Shown piece by piece: positions 41,665-54,915 of a stretch of DNA of 64,000 bases. Both the position numbers and the translations under genes were made by a program. This DNA is from Octopus vulgaris. Its lineage: Eukaryota. Below the pieces are notes generated by a model, which was given only the letters and a program-made list of their open reading frames with translations, did not search any database and was not told the DNA's origin. Positions within the stretch are counted from its first letter, which is position 1. Each line of letters opens with the position of its first letter. The stretch covers positions 85,374,001 to 85,438,000 of the forward strand of contig OX597816.1 in the NCBI GenBank assembly GCA_951406725.2, written 5' to 3'.

Positions 41665-41865
41665 CACAAGGCCAGAAATTTTGAGGGATAGGTGAATCAA
41701 TTTCATCGACCCCAGTGGCCAACTAGTAGTTCTTTTGTCGACCCCGTTAGGATGCAATGCAAAGGCAACATCGACAAAATTTGAACTCAGAACCTACAGA
41801 AACGAAAGAGAATGCGTTAATCATATTTGTTCTATGAGCGAACGGTTCAGCCATCTCACTGACTT
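41665..41865 (-). mobile_element. Decayed SINE (old family)
   Basis: catcgaccccagt..tcgaccccg..aaaggcaa..tttgaactcagaac..aacggttcagcca. Confidence 0.65.
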
Positions 41866-42289
41866 AATAATTCTGACAACGAACTTTAAGCTTTATATGA
41901 ATTTGTAAAATGCTTTACCACAGCTACAACTATTGTCAGTATTTCAAATTGGAACTGCATTTTGTAATACACATTGAATGAAGGTATTTTAACAGTACCA
42001 AGTATAAATGGTTCGTTCTGCACGCAATCCAGGACTACACTGATTCATCTATGGTGTAGTTAACATTCAAAATAAAGAACATTTAAATAGTTATTTACCC
42101 AGGAAAACGTCGAGCAGAATAACATCAGTAAAAATTATAATTCCTTATATGTAATGAATGTGGGATATAGATACCAATATATTCCGGCAGATAGTGAATT
42201 GTGTATCATGTAATAATGTGACATATTTTGTTTAAAATGAAAATTTACGGCACAAATGGTGAACGAACACAACTTTATTATTAGTATTT

Positions 42290-42835
42290 AGTTCCATAGC
42301 CAATATTTTCAATTACAGCCTTACAACGCTGGGACATGCAGTTCGACAAATGAGCATAAAACCTCTTGGAATGTTCTGCCATATTTCTTCAATGAAATAA
42401 TACAATTGGGACACATTTCTTGCTCTTTTTAACATGACCTCATTTAGAAACATAATTCCATAAATTTTCTATCAGATCCAAATCCGGGCTCTGCGGAGGC
42501 CACTCAAAAACCACCATATTATTGCACTCAAAATATTGCAAACTTTCCTATTCTTATGAACGGATAATTGTCTTGCTGGAATATTGATCCCGGTGGCATC
42601 TGATTATTTAAATATGGCGGCATATTTTCATATACTAATTGTAGATAGCCTACACTTCAGTCTGCCATCATCCTTAACAATTGGACCAACACGGTCCACA
42701 CCATTACCGCCCCCACCATCCCGCTTGCACGGTTTTCTTGACACATTTAGGATGGAATTCTTCAGTTGGTCGGCGTCTAACATAAGTCTTTTCTTCTGAT
42801 CCAAAGATGCAGAAGCGGGATTCGTGTATATTTAA
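42290..42835 (-). pseudogene. Tc1-family (DD34E-type) transposase remnant
   Basis: HESRFCIFGSE, KTVQ..VMVW, IFQQDN and WPPQSPDLDLIENLW across frameshifts. Confidence 0.85.
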
Positions 42836-43128
42836 ATACAGGGTAAGTAAGATATTTGGGGACACATTTATGTTTCTATAAAAAACAAAAACATACATCA
42901 TAACAGATACGTTTATCTAAAAAATTTATGAGGTTAAAAATAAACATTCTTTTTTATGTAATGTATAGAAGCCATCTAAGCATGGCTAACCACATTGGGG
43001 AGGGGGGGTGTTACTGTAGCTTTATAGCCCCAAGAGATCTTCGTCTCAAGCTGGCTTTAGACACAATATCTGTGTCCTTGGAGTATTTGCAAAGGGAGGC
43101 CATCCCTTCCTCGCAAGCCTGAGTGATA

Positions 43129-43171
43129 CGCTCGAACTAGTTTCGGGATTTTTGTCCCTCGTCAACGGGCG
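43129..43171 (-). ncRNA. Minimal hammerhead ribozyme motif (U3.G8)
   Basis: cgcccg TTGACGA ggga-caaaaa-tccc GAAA ctag TT cgagcg. Confidence 0.8.
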
Positions 43172-43612
43172 GTAACCACCAGGTAGCGATGAAAGAGAGG
43201 CTCCTTTGCAAATAGATATAAGTTTTTCTAATGGCATCTGCCACTGATGTCGAAAAACGAACAGTAAGCATAATTAAATCTCAGAATGAGATTGAAACAG
43301 TAATCGCTCGATAATGTAAAGTATAGAAGCCATCTTATCATGGCTAACCACATTGGGGAGGGGGGTGTTACTGTAGCTTTATAGCCCCAAGAGATCTTCG
43401 TCTCAAGCTGGCTTTAGACACAATATCTGTGTCCTTGGAGTATTTGCAAAGGGAGGCCATCCCTTCTTCGCACGAGCGATTACTGTTTCAATCTCATTCT
43501 GAGATTTAATTATGCTTACTGTTCATTTTTCGACATCAGTGGCAGATGCCATTAGAAAAACTTATATCTATTTGCAAAGGAGCCTTCTCTTTCATCGCTA
43601 CCTGGTGGTTAC

Positions 43613-43655
43613 CGCCCGTTGACGAGGGACAAAAATCCCGAAACTAGTTCGAGCG
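43613..43655 (+). ncRNA. Minimal hammerhead ribozyme motif (U3.G8), inverted copy
   Basis: Identical to the 43129-43171 motif; palindromic a-ctag-t stem III. Confidence 0.8.
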
Positions 43656-43959
43656 TATCACTCAGGCTTGCGAGGAAGGGATGGCCTCCCTTTGCAATTA
43701 CTCCAAGGACACAGATATTGTGTCTAAAGCCAGCTTGAGACGAAGATCTCTTGGGGCTATAAAGCTACAGTAACACCCCCTCCCCAATGTGGTTAGCCAT
43801 GATAAGATTGCTTCTATACTTTACATTATCGAGCGATTACTGTTTCAATCTCATTCTGAGATTTAATTATGCATTTTTATGTTATTCAATAAAGCCATAT
43901 TCAGCTTCAGCAAATTCTATATGAGATTTAAATCATCTGCATGCTCGAATCAAGTGTTC

Positions 43960-44720
43960 CAGGTTCATTTTGGACATTACTCTGACTATGGCAGCTTTCA
44001 AAGAATCTTCGGTGTTATGAGCGTGTTCATTGACATCTCTCTTAATCCCGTTCCACATGTACTATGATCCAAGGGATTGAGATCTGGGGAATTGGGAGGC
44101 CAAATGTTAGGGGCTATGTGATCATGAACATTTTCAACCAAACATTTCTGTGTTACTAGAGGCAAGTGTGATAGTACAGAGACCAAGTGAAACACATAGG
44201 GCCTTCCACTGCATACACTGTTTACCCAGAGCTTAACAATTATCTCCAGGTCCTCAATGTATGCGGCAGTGTTAACTCTAAGGCTTTGTGGAAAGACGTA
44301 AGGAGTCATCACACGTCCTACATTTCTGGCAACCCCTAAAACTATTACAGATCCAGGAAATTTTGTATGCAAAACACTTGGAAATTCAGAAGGGTCTGCA
44401 CATAACCATCTTTCATTTCTTCTGTTATCTTTTTGATCTTGGTCGAAGTTTTCTCGTTTGCGAAAAACGAAATCAAATCTTCTGCTGGATTTTCCTGTAG
44501 TGATTTTCTTTTGCTTTTTCTGAGAAATTTACCCCTCCTCATCACATAAGACCTATATCTGATGTCTTCGTGGACAACATTTCTGTTTGTTCCTTCTGAT
44601 ACAAGGAGATATTTGGCAATTAACCTCATGGTTTTTCTGGGATTGTAGTCAATGGACTGTTGCACTTGATGGATAAATTCAGGTGTTCTGACGATTTCAG
44701 TGTGTTTAGAATACTTTTTA
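43960..44720 (-). pseudogene. maT-like (DD37D) Tc1/mariner transposase remnant
   Basis: TKFPGSVIVLG...PYVF...WPPNSPDLNPLD. 37 residues between the (mutated) second D position and the final D. HTH-like PRKTMRLIAKYL upstream. Confidence 0.8.
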
Positions 44721-46214
44721 CATCAAATGACCCACATTTTAAGTTTTAGGTTTATTAAAAATTTTATTCACCTGTAGAAGGAGTGTCACAGTCTGAAGGA
44801 TAATCCAGAACAGCTCCATTTGAGAGGGTGTGTGGAGATAATACCAAATTTAAGATTTCTCTAAATCTGACATAATATTAAGAAAAATGACGGCTGTATT
44901 GAGTGTAGATGAGAAGACAGTCGGGACGTGCTTCTACCTCAATAGAAGTCATAAAGACAGAAATTTTACTAACCATTCTCTAGCAGCCAGTATAAATATA
45001 TGAACACACACGCGCGTGCATATGTGTGTATGTGTGTGTGTGCCCGCGTGTGCCCATATGTATATGGATATGTGTATATATAAATGATACACGCACGCGA
45101 GCGCATACAGACATAACATCTGAGTGGCTTCATCAATGTGTTCTTTGAGTTATTTTGTTTTTGTCATCTATTAATATTTCTTTTATGTTAACTTTAATTA
45201 AGCCCAAATGAAGAATAATCAAAACTGCAAATAAACCATCGCTAATTGCAACATGATATATTGATATATTTTCAATTATTTCACTGTATATATTTATCAA
45301 GTTCGAAGATTTACAGGTCAATATTTCCATTGGATTATTAACACGTTAAACGACGAAGTATCAATATAATGCTCGATTTTTATCTCTGAAAGCCAATTCC
45401 ATGAAATATTTCGGCCACTCGAAATTTTGTATCAGTACTCTATTCTGATATATGACAAAGTTTTAGTAGCGGCAGTTTTGTTGTTTAATTATTTAGAAAT
45501 GAGTTTAGTCTGTTGATTATCGAACGTGATGTGGTTAGAACCCATAATATGAAAGAGACTAAATATAGCGAATATAGTTATTGACATGCACAACCATATG
45601 ATATTTTTTGCCCGCTTTTTTTTTTCACAAATCACAGCTGGTTTTTTGTATAGTTGTTTTCGTCGTATCTTTTGCAGCTGAATATTATGTTTGTTTATTG
45701 GATTGCAGTTAATTTCCCTTGGCAAAAATGACATTTTGTTTACATTTTAACACAACAAAAATCAATACAATCATAGCAAATATCGATGAAACAGGTTTGG
45801 AATTAGGCAGATAATTGCAGATCCTCTGCAAACGTATCATAGTTATTGCCCATTAAACATATCAACTGAGAACAATAATTGAACCAGTTTTTAACTTGCC
45901 TTTCGATTGACATTTTACTGACAAGGTAATTTTCTTCTGAAATTGAAATTATCCAAGTCAAGCTTTTAGATTCCTGTTTTTTGTTTTCTCTGTTGTTTTT
46001 GTTTTTTGTTGTTTCAATTTTTCACAAGTAAAAACAGAAAGAAAAAGCTGTAAAGAAAAACACAAGCAAAAATAAGACAGAAAAACAAATATTTGAAATA
46101 ATTTCTACGAGAAGCACGTAAATAAACGCCACGTTCTAGCAAACAGATGTACGTATATTGTTATGTATGTACATACAAGCACACACACATACACAGATAT
46201 ACACATACATATGC

Positions 46215-46271
<57 letters not shown>

Positions 46272-47264
46272 CACGCACACATACAGACATACACACCCTT
46301 ACACACACACACACGTGTGCAGGAGCGCAAACGCACATATTTACTTTTGTACACATATAAGGATTTAGCAAATCATTGTGGAAAAACAATTATCTATAAC
46401 CCGGCAGGATTATGTGTGTGTGCGTGTGTGATTATGTGTGTGTGTGCATATATGCGTATATATATGTATGTATGCTGTGTGTATATATTTAGATAAATAT
46501 AGGCATGCATATTTTCATATATACGTATACGTGTGCGCACACACACACAAGTGCATATACATATACATACATATATATATAAGTATTTCTGTGATAATAT
46601 ATATATATATATATATATAAGCACGCATACTGAATACGCGTATTCGCTTTTTTTTCGGTTTTGTGTGTATATGTGTGATGTAAGTGGGAGGGTTTCATTT
46701 TACCTTTTGCGTGAGTAGGTATGTACATAATCGATCTATAAGAATGTTCATAGCACGCAAATTTGTGATTCTCATTGGAAAGGCGAATTGCAAGTGGACT
46801 TACGAGGGATAAAACGGAGTGGAAAAATTGCTATGTTTAATAAAATTCAGGTTGTTTGATATTGTGTCGTGGCCTCAAACCATGGCCAAATATGTAAAGC
46901 ACATTGATGAAAACTCTTTGGTATCGTTTCATCAATAAATAAGCTGATTTATTAAGTTTCACTCGTTTATCTTGTGGAATTTCGTATTTATTTGTTTGAG
47001 TACCATTGATCAAGATGATATCGTCTTTCCTGTGATACCCTCCTCATTTTATCATAGAAAACCTGCACACACAAACGCATACACGTGTATGTATATACCA
47101 GAGTGAGTCACAAGTTTTTCATAGTTTCCCTGATGATTCTTTGATACTTATTTTTCCATGTTTTATCATTAATTTGATCCAATCGTTGCTAAATTATTTA
47201 ATCTTTATTTTGATATATAACAAATAAAATTTTATTGTTTATTTCTTGTTTCACAACTTTGATA

Positions 47265-48230
47265 ATGAGTGATGAAAATATTGTAATTAAAGTCTTTTTA
47301 TGCTACCAGCAGAAACAAAAGCACGGAGTGAAAGTGTATCAGCAAAAGAAAGGAATAATATGGAAGGCACAGAAATTGTCAACGAACTCGTGGCACAAAA
47401 CTGATTCAGATGTTTCAAGGACGTTCAGGGAGACATTCTATTGTGGAAGATGAGGTTTTGTTTGATATGGTTGAGTAACAGTCAACCACAACACTCTACA
47501 TTGTCGACAGAGCTTGGTCCTTCACGAGGATCCACTAATCGACATTTCCTTATGAACACATATTGTCGAGAAGTGCCTCATTCAACGACGTGTGACGATG
47601 TGGACAAATTACCATCAAATTCTCGATATTCCCTTGTTTTATGACTGGAGATAAAAATTGTATCTAATTTCATCATCTTAAGTGAAAACAGTGGATTCAA
47701 TCCGCTCAGACATCAGAACCTGTTGTCAACTAATGGCAGTTTGAACAGAATGTCAGGTTGTATGTCTGATAGAATTTCGAGAGGTTGTTGTACTTTGAAT
47801 TTGTCCCAGATTGTCATGCTCCGAAAGCTACTCTTGATGCTCAACAACTGGCGCAAACATATGATACATTGAATGTCCACTACCCAGGATTGGTCAATCG
47901 AAAACCTGCACTTCTACAGTATGAGAATACCGTAGTACACACGCCAATGTGTCCAAGTACTAATGCAAAGAAATTGAGGGGATGGAATCGTCGTCTGCTC
48001 CAGCCCATAGCCTTCTTACCATAAAAATACCACCTTTTCCAAACCATGGTTCATTTCCTTCGTTGACGTTGGCTTAACAATGTGGATGAGGTTAAAAACG
48101 GGTGCAGGGACATATTTTCCGCGAAACCAGCGAAACTGTATATGCGGGGAATTGATGGCAACACTCAGTAGAATATGATGCGATATATTTCGGTGAATGA
48201 ACGTTTTAGGCATGCATCTTGATTGAACTA
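47265..48230 (+). pseudogene. Decayed mariner (DD34D) transposase
   Basis: AQN*FRCFK (WFxRF HTH), LYFEFVP..QQL..YPGLVNRK..LLQxEN and YHLF..M.HFL motifs. Confidence 0.8.
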
Positions 48231-49104
48231 CAATTTGAAGGCTTGAAAGACAAAAAATAATTCACTCAAATTGAAAAACATTTAGACACATATGCATGTA
48301 TGTGTGTGTATAAGTGCGCGCGTAAATGAAGTTTATAATTATATTGTAAATACGGGGGTACAATCACACTACATACCAAATATTTCATTCATGATTATCG
48401 AAATATAGAATTTTCATCAACATAGAGATGTAATTTTAAAAAGTTCGCATTTGCTCATGTAATATCACCGATCCTTCTCATAATTGGTATGCGTAATTTT
48501 ACACAGCCAAGCATCAGCAGAAACTGAAAATTTACAGATGACAATGAGATGACTTTCACATACTCATGGCTAGTGTACTATTGTAATTATCATTTGTTTT
48601 CATATCAATAGTATTTATTTTTTCTATGCAGCAAAGTCAACTATCTTGTAAGCATTCAGATTAGCCTTGAATTCTAATATTATCAAGAACTCTATTTCAT
48701 TCACACACTAGGGTGTCAACATTCTTCACGATCACAACCTCTTAATCCCCTGTTTAGAACATAAAAATGAAATTAAGCAACTGGATGAGTTAAATCCATT
48801 TTTGAGTGTGGGTGTATACATGATATTTCATCTGTATAATGACAAATTTTCAGAATGGCTTTTTAAAGAGCCAATAAGATATGAAGTATTATTAATGTCA
48901 AGTACCAAATGTAGCAAAAAATATGAAGGATTTACGATCGTAAAATATTTTAAATATCACTCTCAAACCAGAGATGATGTGAGAAATAATGATTAATTTT
49001 ATAGAGACAATCACGTGAGCATAAACAATAATGCTCATACTGAGGAGAATTTACATTCGTTTCGTCGTTCCTTATTCAACCAAATTTATTATCATATGTT
49101 TCAT

Positions 49105-49123
49105 GTGTATGTATGCATGTATG

Positions 49124-49157
<34 letters not shown>

Positions 49158-49553
49158 TGTATGTATGTATGTATACATGCATGTATGTATGTGTGTATGT
49201 ATGTGTGTGTGTGTGTGTGCACGAGTGTGTCCATATGTATATGGATATGTGTATATATAAATTATACATGCGTTCACCAGTGTGACTCACTCTTTCATAC
49301 TCTCTCTCTCTCTCTCTCTCTCTTTATTTGTTTGCACGTGCGTGTATGTGTATGCATGTATATATATATATATATGCATACAATTATACGTACAGACATA
49401 CTTGAACGAACAGATTTTCACATTCAAATACATGTTTATGAAAAGTATGTTTTCTGTACGAGATTACGCGTCTCTTCAAAGCGAGCAAATATTAAAAATA
49501 AACATGATTCTATCTCTCGGTTTCTTCCTTTCTTTTTTCTTTCTTTCTTTTTT

Positions 49554-49585
<32 letters not shown>

Positions 49586-49605
49586 TATTCTTTCCGCTCT
49601 CTTTA

Positions 49606-49656
<51 letters not shown>

Positions 49657-49672
49657 TATAGATATATATATG

Positions 49673-49733
<61 letters not shown>

Positions 49734-49815
49734 ATATGTATGTATATCAGTTCCGATTAACGTTGTTTATTTGCATAACTAATATATATAGATAAGGATA
49801 CATTTATATATGCAA

Positions 49816-49894
<79 letters not shown>

Positions 49895-50141
49895 TGTGTG
49901 TGTTTGTATTTGTGTGTGTATATTTGTACAGACCTACACGTGTATTTATAAATATATATATATTTAAATGAATATTTAATATTAATATATATATATATTT
50001 ACGTTATGTGCGCTTGGATGTGTATGTACTTATGTGTGTATGTGTGTGTATATAAACTGCTAATATTCAACAAATTCGTCCAAGCAATTATTAAGTTATC
50101 CTAAACAAAACAAATGAATGAAACAATATAAAATAATAATG

Positions 50142-50201
<60 letters not shown>

Positions 50202-50488
50202 TTAAAAATAATAATAAATGGACATTAAATCCTTGAAAGATCAAACATAAAACCGGCTAAATTGTTTGCTTATTGATAAGTGCTTGTTTTTTCCTAATAT
50301 TTCACTGTAAAATAATATTATTTGATTATTAAAATGAATTATAATACATATATTTGTATATATATATATTACTTCCATAAAAAATATCAAAATGTGTATT
50401 ATATACATATATGTATATGTGTGTGTGTATATCTCTTTCTCTCTTTTTATGTATATATACATATACAAATATATAATATGCGTGGGGA

Positions 50489-50528
<40 letters not shown>

Positions 50529-50555
50529 ATATACATATACAAATATATAATATGC

Positions 50556-50622
<67 letters not shown>

Positions 50623-50965
50623 TATATGTAGGCTTATATCTATTTATATACAAATATATATTCATACACATACATATGTATATGTGAGATTATGCCAATA
50701 TATCCATAGCTATACGCGTATTATGTAAGTATATATATATACACACATATATACATGAATACGTATATATATATATATATGTATGTATACATGTATGCAT
50801 GCATGTTTTAATGTGTAAGTTCGTATGTGAGTACGCACGCGTTTTCGATGGGGTGGTAGTCTGTGTGTTCTTGTGTGTAGACATACGTGTACGTGTGAAT
50901 GCATGGATATGTGTATGTTCATTTATATATTAACGGGTCTTTCTATCTATCTATCCATCTATCGA

Positions 50966-51013
<48 letters not shown>

Positions 51014-51361
51014 GTATATATGCCTTTATGTATGTATATGGTATATATGTAAACACACACATATGAGTAATAGAAGCGTAAAAAAACTAATATTAAACCA
51101 AGTGAATGAATATATATATATATGTGAATGAATTATTTTATTCATTCTTCCAGATTAAAAAATCGAATATATTTGCCATATTATCAATGAAATTGATCAC
51201 TACTCATTCCCACACGCACTAATATCTTCATGTAAACGTCAAACAACAAGCATGCACACATACCATTAAATCGCACATCTGTTTGCACACACACCTACAA
51301 TCACTCACAAATATTCTTTTTAGAAATATAATTGCACACACACACATATATAAATATATAC

Positions 51362-51406
<45 letters not shown>

Positions 51407-51555
51407 AATATATATATATACATAAATATATATATATACGTACATTATATATATATATATAAACGCATATAAATATGTATACCTATATATACGTACACAC
51501 ATATATATATATATGTATATGTGTGTATGTGTATGTGTGTGTGTGTGCGTGTATG
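49105..51555. repeat. Dense cluster of (TATG)n, (TA)n, (CA)n, (CTTT)n and (TAA)n microsatellites
   Basis: Direct. Confidence 0.9.
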
Positions 51556-51716
51556 CATCAAATCTAAGTTAGTATCTCTTTTTATTTAGTATAACGTATA
51601 TTTTCTTATTTTCCATTCGAAGTGGTATTTTATTCGCATATTATACCTTAAATACTGCTGATATTCACATTTTAAATTCTAATTATTTCGGCGCATCTAC
51701 AACCGACCCTGGTACA

Positions 51717-51751
<35 letters not shown>

Positions 51752-52317
51752 GAAAACACTCATACGCACACACTCACACACTCTGTGGGTGTGTGTGTGT
51801 GTATATTTCTATGTATGACCATATGATGAAACTAAATGCTGTGCAACAATATAAAACAGACATATAGAAGTATGAACTGATGACACTTGGAGTTAAACGA
51901 TTCATTCTCTGATCGCATTTCGAAGAAAGAGCAATATGTATATGATATATTTTTTATACCGCAGAACAAAACGGTGATTTCGTAGCTGATCAACTGGTTA
52001 AACTCGACCTTGTTAACAACACACATTTTATTCAGTAACTTATCTTGATATTCCGACGTCGATGGTTTCATTCGCTGTATATTCTGTCTGGATCTGTTCA
52101 GGGAAATAAGTCAATGGGGTCGACGATTTAGGATAGTACGATTGGGTACTCATGGGATGGAAGCCAATCAACAAACATATAAGTAGAGTACGTTTTCAGT
52201 CAAAGTATGCAAGACCCCACCCTCCATCATTGTGAATTGTGCAGAGATGTTGTTGATATTGATGGGAAAGCAGCATCCCAAAACAGACGGACGTTTGCAG
52301 TCATCAACTGTCACGTG

Positions 52318-52399
52318 ATGGGAAATATTTTCACATCAGCACATGGCGGCACGGGAAGAAAATATGTAATAGGGTCACGGGGATCAACTAACGAGAAAG
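52318..52399 (+). CDS. Candidate first coding exon of an unidentified host gene (MGNIFTSAHGGTGRKYVIGSRGSTNEK...)
   Basis: gtgATGG start context, MGxxxT myristoylation-like N-terminus, consensus donor AAG|gtgagt at 52400, and a non-repetitive, higher-GC island. The frame is also open from 52207. No homology recognised. Confidence 0.35.
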
Positions 52400-53102
52400 G
52401 TGAGTAATGAAAACAGCTGATGCAGTCTTGTTTCAACACCGTCAAGTCCTATTTGCGCACAAAGCGATCAATATGTACATATAGCGATCCCTAATGTGAA
52501 CACAAAACATGAAATTGAATACCTCTGCTTCACTGCGCGTTGGAAGGTCTATCAATATTTATTGGAATAACGCTATCCAAAACAACTGATACTAACCAGA
52601 AAGTGATTTAGCGTAAGTCAGCTGTCTTAAGAAAGTGATATTACAACTTTGAATAAAGAGACAAATGACGATTACGACTCTTGAGCCATGTGCTGTGAAG
52701 AAGCTAAAGTACATCGGATATGAAAGTTAAACACGAAGAAAGATTTTCAGTCACTGCAAGAATTTCACAATGAAATATGGCAGTCAAATGTAGAAAATGT
52801 CAGCGACATTAAGCTATACGCGGGACACGTCTTCATGCCAATGCTTATAAAAGAACTTCAAAGTACCTGGTAACATATGCTTACAACAAATAGTTAAGCA
52901 ACTCAGCTGAAACTTGAAGTTGTAGCCAACACAAAATGATTAATACATTCTTACCTACTAACAGCGAGACTCCATCTCCGGGAAATATTTCATAATTGTT
53001 GTCAGTACTTTCTCTCTACTATGATGTTTCGTAACGTTACATATATCACGCTTTTACAGTCATGTATCAAGGATTATACGAACGCATCATGGAATATACT
53101 CT

Positions 53103-53526
53103 CTCTTTACTCTATTACTTGTTTCAGTCATTTGACTGTGGTTATGCTGGAGCACCGCATTTAGTCGAGCAAATTGACCCCAGGACTTATTTTTTTGTAA
53201 GCCTAGTACTTATTCTATCGGTCTCTTTTACCGAAACGCTACGTTACGGGGACTTAAACACACCAGCATCGGTTGTCAAGCGATGTTGGTGAGACAAACA
53301 CAGACACACAGACACATACGCACACATACATACATACATATATATATAAATATACATATATACGACGGGCTTCTTTCAGTTTCCGTCTACTAAATCCATT
53401 CACAAGGCTTTGGTCGGCCCGAGGCTATAGTAGAAGACGCCTACCCAAGGTGCCACGCAGTGGGACTGAACCCAGAACCATGTAGTTGATGAGCAAGCTA
53501 CTTACTACACAGCCACTCCTACGCCT
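53103..53526 (-). mobile_element. tRNA-derived SINE (family A), full length
   Basis: Head aggcgtaggagtggctgtgtagtaag..gggttcagtccc (A/B boxes), internal microsatellite, tail ggtgctccagcat..cagtcaaatgactgaaacaagta. Confidence 0.93.
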
Positions 53527-54002
53527 ACGACTATACGAATGTTGTTTCTCAAAGTTTATTTTCATTAATTTCTAATAGTAATTTCCTTCCCTTAGGTCAA
53601 TCTTGAAGCACAGGGTATATTTATGAAATAATACATTAATGAAATAATACAAGAGGGATAAGAATTATTTGGAAATATTTTAAGGGTAGAAGTTCTCGTG
53701 ATACAGGGTTATGGTCATACACTGCTTATCTTGTATGAAACCTGTCTTGGAACAATATCAACTCCATGCTTTATGCATTTGTTATAATTTGGAGTCATGG
53801 AGAGACATTATCAACCCGGCCAAGAGTTGACGTGCAATTTTTGATAATAAAAGCATTATATTTTACTATTTATAACTCCAGAACTTTGGAGCGGTAACCT
53901 CAAAACTAGTTGAAATTGAGCAACCCGAATAGTATGCTTATATGCAAGCATATATAGCCCACACACATATCTATGAGCATATAGTCATGTGTATTCATAG
54001 AT

Positions 54003-54107
<105 letters not shown>

Positions 54108-54131
54108 ACAAGAATATATGCGTGTGAGTGT

Positions 54132-54181
<50 letters not shown>

Positions 54182-54303
54182 AAAGGAATTCCAACCTTGT
54201 CTGATTTTCACGTTTTATTTACAATCTTATAATGATATAATATAAGATAATATAATATAATAGAATAAAATAAAATAGTATAATGTTAAATGTTCATTCT
54301 GAT

Positions 54304-54348
54304 TGAACTAGAACTTTCATGCATTAAATTATGCAATCTTCAGGTTCA
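54304..54348 (-). ncRNA. Minimal hammerhead ribozyme motif (C3-G8)
   Basis: tgaac CTGAAGA t-tgcat-aattta-atgca-t GAAA gttc TA gttca. Confidence 0.8.
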
Positions 54349-54425
54349 TGTAGTAGTGGTGACAGTCAAGCTTCACAATTTTTGACAGTCAAAAATTGTG
54401 AAGCATGACTGTCACCACTACTACA

Positions 54426-54469
54426 TGAACCTAAAGATTGCATAATTTAATGCATGAAAGTACTAGTCA
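54426..54469 (+). ncRNA. Minimal hammerhead motif, G5 mutated
   Basis: tgaac CTAAAGA ttgcataatttaatgcat GAAA gtac TA gtca; palindromic a-gtac-t stem III. Confidence 0.65.
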
Positions 54470-54624
54470 AATCAGAATGAACATTTAACATTCTATTATT
54501 TTATTTTATTATATTATATTATTTTATAATATATCATTATAAGATTGTAAATAAAACGTGAAAATCAGACAAGGTTGGAATTCCTTTTATTAATATATTC
54601 TTCTATACACAATCACACACACCC

Positions 54625-54684
<60 letters not shown>

Positions 54685-54715
54685 GTGTATGTATGTATGT
54701 ATATGTATATATATC

Positions 54716-54813
<98 letters not shown>

Positions 54814-54877
54814 GGAAATGAAGAAAATGCTGACAAATAATTGAAGTAATTTAAGTAATTTAATTAGGTGAAAGTTC

Positions 54878-54915
54878 TTTTTACCGGTTGCGCATTTGTT
54901 ATGCTTATCAAAATA
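54878..54915 (-). ncRNA. Minimal hammerhead motif, U3-A8 core variant (decayed), in a PLE-type end abutting (TA)n
   Basis: tatt TTGATAA gcat-aacaa-atgc GCAA ccgg TA aaaa. Confidence 0.6.

Larger units (their letters stand above)
42956..43872. mobile_element. Non-coding HHR-bearing element: 358-bp unit as ~1.45 tandem copies (42956-43472) followed by ~1.1 inverted copies (43473-43872)
   Basis: Unit start repeats at 42956 and 43314; the inversion begins at 43473. tttttatgt flanks both ends (42951-42959, 43874-43882) as a candidate TSD. Confidence 0.92.
54177..54592. mobile_element. Palindromic pLTR-type element (arms 54177-54386 / 54388-54592, 1-nt spacer), each arm with an HHR
   Basis: Centre aatttttgac-a-gtcaaaaatt. 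Arms are diverged reverse complements, adjacent to (TA)n. Confidence 0.92.
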
